This document shows, piece by piece, positions 57,010 to 64,000 of a stretch of DNA of 64,000 nt. Positions within the stretch are counted from its first letter, which is position 1. Each line of letters opens with the position of its first letter. The stretch lies in the IMG/VR virus record IMGVR_UViG_2772190736_000001, positions 1 through 64,000 of that record; one strand, 5' to 3'. The stretch is from a virus (lineage: Duplodnaviria; Caudoviricetes). The position numbers and the translations under genes were made by a program. The notes under the pieces were generated by a model. That model saw nothing but the letters and a program-made list of their open reading frames with translations. It was not told the DNA's origin and searched no databases.

Positions 57010-57717
57010 TCAGTCCTCTCCGTCGACAGTGCGGGCGGCAGCGGCTTCGGTTTCGCCGTTCGGGCCGACCTGGGCGAGTGCGGTGCGGTGCTTCCGGATG
57101 ATGCGGACGATCTCGGACGACCAGCCGTGCTTGGTGGCGGTGTCGTCGAGGGCGGCGGGACAGTCGCCGTCGTGGTCGTGGTGCTGTTCGCAGTCCCAGC
57201 CGATGAGGAGGGCGTACAGGCGGGCGTCGGTGGGGTCCTGGGCCCAGTCCCGTTTGCCGTGCTTGATGTGGAGGCGGAGGGACAGCAGGGCGTTGCGGAC
57301 GCCCGCCGTGAGGGTGGCGCCAGCGTTGAGAAGGGCGTTCTGGTCCTGCCAGGCCTGGTAGAAGGAGCGACCGACCTCACGGCACTCGGCGTACTGGTCC
57401 TCGGCGTCCCAGAGCCTGTCGTACAGCTCGGCCAGGGTGGCGTCGGTGTGCTCGGCGAGCGGGACGCGAGGGTCCGGCTCGGCGGGCGGGGGCGGTTCCA
57501 TGTCGGGAAGGGTGCTCGCCGTCTTCAGCTGGCTGTACTTGGCGTGCCACCGCTTGGCGCGGTGCTTGTACGTATCGCGGTCGGCGATGGCACTCTCTCG
57601 GTCGACCTGCAGCTGGTGAAGGGCTTCCGGGGTGATGGTGTCCATCGTGTACCGGGACTCTTCGGGGCCGAGGAGCTGCGCTTCATCTGTGCCTGAGGCT
57701 GGGGAAGGACTGGTCAC
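57010..57717 (-). CDS. Hypothetical protein
   Basis: GTG coupled to upstream stop; RDW.....DA.LY....GW. Confidence 0.6.
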   Translation of the reverse strand: MTSPSPASGTDEAQLLGPEESRYTMDTITPEALHQLQVDRESAIADRDTYKHRAKRWHAKYSQLKTASTLPDMEPPPPAEPDPRVPLAEHTDATLAELYDRLWDAEDQYAECREVGRSFYQAWQDQNALLNAGATLTAGVRNALLSLRLHIKHGKRDWAQDPTDARLYALLIGWDCEQHHDHDGDCPAALDDTATKHGWSSEIVRIIRKHRTALAQVGPNGETEAAAARTVDGED

Positions 57718-58061
57718 TGTCCCCCGCTTTCGTTGACGTTCTTTCGGTAGGCGATGAGCGCTGATGCGAGGGCGGACTGGTGGATGTCGGAGAACATGAC
57801 CGCTGCGTGCTCGCCAAAGGCGTTCCGGGCGTCCTGGAGGGTGACCATGTAGGCGCCCCATGCCTTCTCGAAGGAGTCGTTCTCGCGTTCGTCCTGGATG
57901 GCGGCGCGGTGCTCGGGGGTGAGCAGGGCGCGACACCCGGCGCAGGGGACGCCCTTTTCGTGGCCGGGCGTGCGGCAGGGACGGGTTCCATCGGGCTGGA
58001 GGTCGTGGTCTTCGACGGGGTGGGAGCATGCCCAGCAGTGGGTGGGGGCTTGGTCGGTCAC
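57714..58061 (-). CDS. Hypothetical zinc-binding protein
   Basis: CWAC.H...H...C...C..C. Confidence 0.55.
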   Translation of the reverse strand: MTDQAPTHCWACSHPVEDHDLQPDGTRPCRTPGHEKGVPCAGCRALLTPEHRAAIQDERENDSFEKAWGAYMVTLQDARNAFGEHAAVMFSDIHQSALASALIAYRKNVNESGGQ

Positions 58062-58595
58062 GGCATCGGCTCCTCGGGGCTTGGGGTGATACGGCGGATG
58101 CGGAGGGGCGGTCCCAGCGGCGGAGGCGGGTCGTTGCGGTGCTTCCACGCCTTGAGGGTGCGTACGGGGTGGACAGCGAGAAGGGCGGCGATCTCAACGG
58201 CCAACACGGGTTGCGCGGCCCACCAGCGCCAGTCCCGGCGGGTGATGCGTCGTCCGTACGTCAGCCAGTGGGCCCAGTCGGAGGCGCGGTGGCCGAGGCG
58301 GACCCGGCCGAGGGCGTAGCCGACGGCCAGAGAAGTCAGGATGATGGCCGTCGTCGCTGGAGTAGGCGGGGAGGTGATGCTGGCAGGTCTTGCAGGCGCG
58401 GACGGCGGGGTTCTTCCAGCAGCGTCCGATGTGCGCGATGGCGGCGGTCTTCTTGCTGCGGGACTGCCGGCAGTGGGGGCACTGGTACCGGGTGACCTGG
58501 ATGACGAGGGGGTCCTCGGCGGGGATGGGCGGTGTGACCGGCGCCGGGTCGGGGTTGGGGGTGTTCCAGGGCAGGAGGTCGAGGTCGGTCGTCAT
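58058..58595 (-). pseudogene. Probable deletion fusion of a zinc-finger gene and a headless membrane-protein gene
   Basis: YQCPHC..H..C..NP...CKTC ORF loses coherence near 58360, where another frame (TAIILTSLAVGYALGR...) without a start codon runs to 58058. Confidence 0.45.
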
Positions 58596-58981
58596 CGGCG
58601 CGGCTCCTGGGCGGGAATGTAGCCGAGGCGGCTGGCGGCGTTGAGGGCTGCGTCGGCGATGGTCTGGCAGTCGTCGAGGGAGTGCCAGCACTTGAGGGCG
58701 TTCAGGGTGGTGCTGACGGCGTTGGTGGCGAGGGCGCGCTGTTCTTCGCTGTGGGTGGTCTGGTCGTCCCAGATGAGTTCGGTGGCGCCGTTGTGGCCGT
58801 GGATGGCGATGGCGTCGTCGAGGTTGTTCCAGGAGACGGTGGAGGGGCGTTCGCCACGCCAGCGGATGGCGACGGTGCCGTCGGGCCACTGGATGCCGTC
58901 GGCGATGCGGCCGCAGCCGGAGACGCCGGAGATGTCGGTGTGGCGTTGGAGGTGGAAGCGGCGGGGTTCGGGGTCGGCCAT
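58592..58981 (-). CDS. Conserved-type actinophage protein
   Basis: RRF.L.R..DISGVSG.G..A.G..W.DG.V..RW...IHGH.G.T; GGAGGAG RBS. Confidence 0.75.
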   Translation of the reverse strand: MADPEPRRFHLQRHTDISGVSGCGRIADGIQWPDGTVAIRWRGERPSTVSWNNLDDAIAIHGHNGATELIWDDQTTHSEEQRALATNAVSTTLNALKCWHSLDDCQTIADAALNAASRLGYIPAQEPRR

Positions 58982-59086
58982 GTGGCGTCTCCTCCGGGGA
59001 AGGGCGGGGTGGGTCAAGGGTCGCGCGGTTCGGCGCGGTTGATGCCCCTGCTCGGCTTGCCCTCGATTGGGGTGGCCGGTGTCCAC

Positions 59087-59128
59087 ACTCTACCCATACC
59101 TCATTGCGTACGCAATGGAATATGGGTA
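59087..59128 (-). promoter_or_regulatory. Palindromic operator/promoter (copy 5)
   Basis: TACCCATACCTCATTGCG-ta-CGCAATGGAATATGGGTA; minus TTGCGT-17bp-TAGAGT. Confidence 0.72.
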
Positions 59129-59160
59129 CTTGGGGTGTCCCGTACGGCAGGATGACGCTC

Positions 59161-59763
59161 ATGGACCAGGGGTGGGCGGCTGTCATTGCCGCGGGGGTAG
59201 CAGCTGTCGTTGCAGTGGCCGCGAGTTTCATCGGTGTCTGGCTGGGCCGGCGCACCGTTCGCGACCAGGCGCAGGTCGAGCACGGGCAATGGCTCCGGAA
59301 CCAGCGCCAGGAGGCCTACGTGCAGTGCCTCGACACGTGGGACGGGGCGATGCGCGCCTTCGAGGCGCTCATCGATGAAGCCGAAGAGCGGAAGCGGCAG
59401 TACCGATGGGAGACCGACAATGTCGGCGGCAACCCGTTCTTTGCCCAGGAGATCTTCGGCGTGGTGGAGGAGATCTCCGGCCCTGTGAATGAGGCCCTGG
59501 AACGCGTGCGGCTGCTCGGGCCGGATGCGGTGGAGAGGGCAGCGAAGAACCTGGAAGACGCCTTGAACGGCATCGGCGGCGCGGTCCGGGCTGGCACCAG
59601 TGAGGAGGATTGGGAGGAGTGGCCCAACCACGCCTTCTGGTACGAGGCGCGAAGAAACGCCACTGAGTGCCGCCGGAATTTCTTCGACGAGGCGCAGGCC
59701 GTTATCCGGACTGCGCCAGACACAGCACGGCGCTCGCTCTGGCGCTCGCGCTCTCCACGCTGA
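59161..59763 (+). CDS. Membrane-anchored helical accessory protein
   Basis: N-terminal TM helix, QWLR.QR.EAY, V.L.GP. Confidence 0.75.
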   Translation: MDQGWAAVIAAGVAAVVAVAASFIGVWLGRRTVRDQAQVEHGQWLRNQRQEAYVQCLDTWDGAMRAFEALIDEAEERKRQYRWETDNVGGNPFFAQEIFGVVEEISGPVNEALERVRLLGPDAVERAAKNLEDALNGIGGAVRAGTSEEDWEEWPNHAFWYEARRNATECRRNFFDEAQAVIRTAPDTARRSLWRSRSPR

Positions 59764-60180
59764 CCAGACGCAAAGGGCCCCGAACGGGGGTGGACATGAC
59801 GGATCTGTCGAATGGGAGCCTGCTGACCGGCCGGATTCCCGCAGTCCCTGTCAGCGGAACGCCCGCCCGGTGCAACGTGCGACGGCTTCCCGGGCGGGCC
59901 ATGCCCTCATCCTCCGCTGGAGCGGCCACGGGCGCGCGTGGAGCGGTACTTCGGAAGCGAGAGACAGTCACGCATTGCGCCCCCGTACCGGGGATCAATC
60001 GGCACGGGGGCGCACAGGGGGTAGCGGGTCAACGACCAGTCGGCCCGGCCTCCCGCAGAGCACGGTAGCTGCCTGTCGGCGGCGTCCAGGCGGCGTATCG
60101 GTTCGCCGCCGCCCTCACGGGCGACAGGAGCGTGCGGCTGGTGACGTGCTTGTTGACGACTGCTGTCTCGTAGGGCGGGG

Positions 60181-60576
60181 TCAGGCTGCGGGGGTGGTAC
60201 GGGAGCGCGGGCGTTCGGTCGACAGGACCGCCCACACCCGGCGGCCGTCCTCGGAAGCATCTGTGCCGCAGCTGGCGGTGCCAGGGACTGCGGCGAGGTC
60301 GGACAGGATCGTCTGGTCGGGTTCGCCGCCGGTGTGGCTGAGGACGACGACGAGCAGCATGCCGTCCTGGTCGGCGAGATGGACGCTGATCCGCCGGCCG
60401 TCGTCGGCGGTGGCCGCGCCGACGAGGATGCGCACGGTCCGCTCGAGGACATCGTCGGTGGGGTGGGCGTACCCCCAGGCGCGGACGGTCTCGAGGACCT
60501 TCGTGACGGCCTGGGTCCCGGTCCATGGGTAGGCGGTCAGTGCCCAGTTCGCGGCGCGCCGGTCTCTGATGGCCAT
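60181..60576 (-). CDS. Degenerate HATPase_c / anti-sigma-like protein (ORF extends to 60762)
   Basis: R.WG...LV..A...V.L...V.V...G..VWA.L pattern, but N-box and G-box residues missing. Confidence 0.5.
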   Translation of the reverse strand: MAIRDRRAANWALTAYPWTGTQAVTKVLETVRAWGYAHPTDDVLERTVRILVGAATADDGRRISVHLADQDGMLLVVVLSHTGGEPDQTILSDLAAVPGTASCGTDASEDGRRVWAVLSTERPRSRTTPAA

Positions 60577-60852
60577 GCGCGGCCGGCGAGTCTCGAGGCG
60601 GGCCTGACGGGGCCCGGGGAGCGGGAGTGTCGAGGTGACGGGCTTGGTCGACGGCTGCGGCCGCGGGGCCTCGACGGGCTTCTTCTGCGGGGGCGGGGTG
60701 CGGGGCGGGTAGGTCGGCGGCACCTTCGGGCCCTTGTCGTTCATGGGCAGCGGATCGGTCACGACAGCCTCCTTGCGCTCCCGACCATCCTGGCAGCCGC
60801 CACCGGCCCGTCGAGGCTGATTGCGCAGGTTCCCCCTGGCGTGCGCCGGTGG

Positions 60853-61263
60853 TCAGTCCTTGTAGCCGATCGGCCCGAGCCCGCTGTGCGCCCGGTTCAG
60901 GCCCGCGTACAGCTGCTCCGCCGCGATGCGCGCGGTCTCCAGGCCGAGCAGCGTCTCGCGCAGATCGTCCTGAAGCTGGTTCTTGTCGCTGCGCAGGTTG
61001 CCGCCCCCGTCGAGTTCGGCGATCAGCTGCTGGGCTTGGTCCAGGGCCTGGGGCAGCTTCATCGCCATCTGCGACAGGCCGGCGACGAGGCTGTAAACGT
61101 CGCCGGGGTACTCCCAGCCGTCCCGGGGGCTGCGGGTCAGGTGGTTGATGGCGCGGATCGCCTCGTCAGCGGCGTCGGCGTGCTGGGCGGGCGTCTTGTC
61201 GGTCACGGGCGCGGCCTCCGTCGTTGTGCTGGGGCCGCCGAGTATGTCAGCGGCCACCGACAC
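60853..61263 (-). CDS. Hypothetical helical protein
   Basis: EAIRAINH.T...P.DVY.L motif. Confidence 0.65.
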   Translation of the reverse strand: MSVAADILGGPSTTTEAAPVTDKTPAQHADAADEAIRAINHLTRSPRDGWEYPGDVYSLVAGLSQMAMKLPQALDQAQQLIAELDGGGNLRSDKNQLQDDLRETLLGLETARIAAEQLYAGLNRAHSGLGPIGYKD

Positions 61264-61299
61264 CCACGTCTGCTTTCCGCCAGGCGAGTATGACCCCTG

Positions 61300-62610
61300 C
61301 TAGCCAGATGGGTGCAGCCGCCGCAGAAGTGCGCCGTCGGTGACATGGCCGATGAGGAAGTCCGCCAGGGCCGCAGTGTCTTCGCCGGGCGGGGCGGGCA
61401 CCGTCGGCACAGCCACCGCGAACCGGCGCCGACGTTTCGGAGCGGGACCGCGTCGGCGCAGCGGCTTGCCGATGACGGTGGCGTAGAGCTTCTTCGCCTC
61501 GGCGTCGATGACGTGGATGCCCGTCTCGGCCGGGGGCGTCTGGCGGGGCTCGTCCCAGGCATCGGGGTGCGGGGCGGGGGCGTCGATATGAGGCAGGGGG
61601 TCTGTGCCGGCTACCGCAGCTCTATACGCCGCCAGCGCGGCTGCCAGGTAGGCGCGGGCGGCACGTTCAGCCAGGTCATGCAGTTCGGCGGTGTGTGTAG
61701 CGGCGAGCTCGGCCCGCTGCCGGGCGGTGTCTTGCCACAGGTGGTGTCGCGCAGCAGCCTGTTCGACGACCACAGGCGGAAGCGGTTCGGGGAGCTTCGG
61801 CGGGTCGCTGGCGGCCTCCTTCTCGGCTGCCTGGCAGGATTCGCTGGCCAGGGTCCACGCCTTGCGCAACGCGCGGTAGGTGCTGCGGTGGTCGTGGAGC
61901 AGCTCGTCCGCCTTCTTCGGCCAAGGCTCGGCCTCGGCGCCGTCGGGGTGCAGAGCGCGGACCTCGGGGTGCGCGGCAGTGTGGGCGGCGTAGTGCTCGC
62001 GGTAAAAGTCCCGGCCTCGGTCCGTGATCTGGTAACCGCAGTAGTCGGTGGTGTGCTCGGCCAACGGCGGCTGATGCTTCTCGATCAGCACGAACTCGAT
62101 GGTCCTGGAGTAGCCCCACTTCAGCGCTGTTTTCCGCCGGTCAGCCGCCCATAGAAGGGCCAGGATTTCCCAGGATCTGGCGCTCAGAGCGGCTTTGGGC
62201 GCCCCGTCCGGGCGCAGGGAGAGCCCGGCGCGGGCGGCGGCGCGGCCGGCTCGGGTCAGCGTCACGGTGCGCATGACGCCGAACTGGGTGCCGTAGGCGT
62301 CCCTGGTGATGAGGTCGCGTGCGGCGAGCGCCGCGACGGTGGAACCGTTTCCCTGGTTGTGCCAACCGCGGACCGCGAGCCGGTCCTGCATCTCGGTGGT
62401 GCCGAAGATGTCCCTGAGGGATGGGTCGTGGGCGAAGTCGATGCGGCGCCAGATCGCGGCTGGCGTGTCGTCGAAGTTCCCCTTTGCCGCACGTCGCCCG
62501 CGACCGGCTTCATTCTCCTGATCGAGCTCGTAGATGACGGCGAGAGTGCCCTGCTGGCGATCGTTCAGCTCGGTCCAGGCGGCCAACGCCTGTGACGTAC
62601 GCGCTGCCAT
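61300..62610 (-). CDS. Hypothetical protein with two winged-helix-like segments
   Basis: LN.RQ..TL...LT.AGR and LS.RSW..L...IT.RGR. Confidence 0.65.
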   Translation of the reverse strand: MAARTSQALAAWTELNDRQQGTLAVIYELDQENEAGRGRRAAKGNFDDTPAAIWRRIDFAHDPSLRDIFGTTEMQDRLAVRGWHNQGNGSTVAALAARDLITRDAYGTQFGVMRTVTLTRAGRAAARAGLSLRPDGAPKAALSARSWEILALLWAADRRKTALKWGYSRTIEFVLIEKHQPPLAEHTTDYCGYQITDRGRDFYREHYAAHTAAHPEVRALHPDGAEAEPWPKKADELLHDHRSTYRALRKAWTLASESCQAAEKEAASDPPKLPEPLPPVVVEQAAARHHLWQDTARQRAELAATHTAELHDLAERAARAYLAAALAAYRAAVAGTDPLPHIDAPAPHPDAWDEPRQTPPAETGIHVIDAEAKKLYATVIGKPLRRRGPAPKRRRRFAVAVPTVPAPPGEDTAALADFLIGHVTDGALLRRLHPSG

Positions 62611-62714
62611 CGTTCTGCGTCCTCCCGAGCCGGGCCCGTAGCCCCGCGGTCAGCGTAACGAAAGCCACCGACACCCGTGCCCGTTCGTCAGACCCTCGTG
62701 GCAGGATCCGCCGT

Positions 62715-62895
62715 ATGAGTGAGTGGGGGATCGCCCTGATCGCCGCCGGGTCGGCCATCTTGGGCAGCATCACGACAGGGTTCTTCGCGTGGCGAGCCGG
62801 CCACCGGCAAGCCGCCGCCGCAGAAGCTGCGGGGCAGGCACAGGCGCAGGCGCTGATATCGACCGTGCAGGCCACCCTCGACGAGCAACGGCAGG
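62715..62895 (+). pseudogene. Truncated membrane-anchored accessory gene
   Basis: MSEWGIALIAAGSAILG... runs directly into the antisense of the neighbouring gene. Confidence 0.5.
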
Positions 62896-63124
62896 CGTCA
62901 GTGCACTCGATCATCCACCCGCCGCCCGGAATGGCAGAGACCACCGGCGTTGAATCCTCATACAGAGCCGCGAACTTCCCCATGTCTTCTGCACGCGTAA
63001 GCCCCCGCGGACCTACGACCAGGGGATGCCCGTCGTTGTCCCAGGCGATAACGGGCCGCTTGGCTGTCTGCCGGCCCTCCGCGTCCTTGTAGATGGCGTA
63101 GTGCGATCGGTCAGCGGGGATCAA
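62895..63124 (-). pseudogene. Truncated hypothetical gene (LIPADR...PVIAWD..G.PLV)
   Basis: AAGGAG RBS plus TTG; coherent sequence ends near 62895. Confidence 0.5.
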
Positions 63125-63317
63125 TCCACGCTCCTTCAAGTCGATGTGCGGAAAACGGTATGAGCGGGCGAAGGCGTCTGTCAGGCGATCCGCTGTACAC
63201 ATAACGCGTCCCCTGGCAGCTACGGAATGGCCCGCCACCGACTGGTGAGGGCCATGCGCTGCCGCGATCAGTTGTCCTGGAGGCGCTGGCTGAACTCCTG
63301 GACGCTCCGGTCCGGGT

Positions 63318-64000
63318 TCATGCCCTGGAGGCGTCGACGTCCATGATCCGCCCAATCTGCTCGACCAGCTGGTGAGGGTGGACGATGGCGTCCTTGACGT
63401 CGAGACGGCTGCTTCCGGTCCAGCTCATGTTGCCCTCCGCGTCGGTCACGGCAGCGCCGTGACGGAGCAGGGACCATCCGCCGTCCGAGTAGTCGAAGAA
63501 GTACCGCTCGCCCGGGGCCGAGATTTCAAGGACACAGCCGCAGGGGTCATCTGCGTCCCCTTGATCGGCACGGCAGTCCTCCAGGTTGGTGATGGTCTTC
63601 GCCTGGTCGCCGAGCAGCGCTGCTACTGCCATCACGGTGGCGTGGACGTCTTGGGGCGCCTGGTAGGTGCAGGGGGATGCGTCCAGAGTACGGATAGCCG
63701 GACGGAGCAGCTTGAGGTGGGCCTGGATCTCGTCTGCGGCACCGGTGAGACGGTCCAGCGCGTCGGCCAGGGTGTCCTCACCGGATACCGAGGGGGCCGG
63801 GATAGAGACATCACCGCGCGCAGCAATGTGGCGGACTGCCTGCTCGAGGAGGCGGAGGTTCTCCACCGAGCCTTGAAGGGTGGCGTTGATGGCCGAAGCG
63901 ACCACCGCGGCATCCTGGGGTGTGTAGATGGCCCACTCGTGTCCCAGCGCCTTTCCCAGGCCTTCGCTGGCGATCGCGGCTGTGACGGCAAGGGCCAGGG
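63318..64000 (-). CDS. Hypothetical protein, start probably beyond the window end
   Basis: ORF 63318..63905 with frame apparently open further upstream. Confidence 0.5.
   Translation of the reverse strand, partial: LALAVTAAIASEGLGKALGHEWAIYTPQDAAVVASAINATLQGSVENLRLLEQAVRHIAARGDVSIPAPSVSGEDTLADALDRLTGAADEIQAHLKLLRPAIRTLDASPCTYQAPQDVHATVMAVAALLGDQAKTITNLEDCRADQGDADDPCGCVLEISAPGERYFFDYSDGGWSLLRHGAAVTDAEGNMSWTGSSRLDVKDAIVHPHQLVEQIGRIMDVDASRA

Larger units (their letters stand above)
1..64000. mobile_element. Temperate siphovirus-like phage or phage-plasmid of a Streptomyces-like host; ends not seen in window
   Basis: Head, tail and lysis genes in canonical order, plus rep/dciA/parAB, recombinases and many short tightly overlapping phage-type ORFs; no housekeeping genes. 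Confidence 0.9.

Noticed and set aside
1-64000. tRNA, rRNA, att sites, IS elements
   Set aside because: None recognised by eye; tRNAscan and direct-repeat searches would be needed to exclude them.

Overview
High-GC actinobacterial (Streptomyces-like) temperate phage genome segment with features of a phage-plasmid. Almost all genes are on the minus strand. It carries a near-complete siphovirus morphogenesis module (portal, scaffold, decoration, major capsid, MuF-like minor head protein, connectors, major tail, frameshifted chaperones, tape measure, minor tails) and a lysis cassette. It also has a plasmid-type replicon (HTH Rep candidate with internal DnaA boxes, DciA-like gene, parA, parB, four parS-like palindromes), a tyrosine recombinase pair, recombination and replication genes (Rad52-like, SSB, RuvC-like), a C5 DNA methyltransferase and two WhiB genes. 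No terminase is recognisable in the window. Most unusual signals: (1) a 329-aa intein in the minor head protein whose centre encodes a putative homing endonuclease on the OPPOSITE strand; (2) a type III polyketide synthase paired with an MmyB-like XRE regulator inside the phage; (3) five long palindromic operator/promoter sites, with a divergent RHH / stand-alone WYL gene pair at the hub; (4) a 37-38 bp periodic array of hairpins with identical loops upstream of rep. All protein family calls come from motif recognition by eye; no database search was run.
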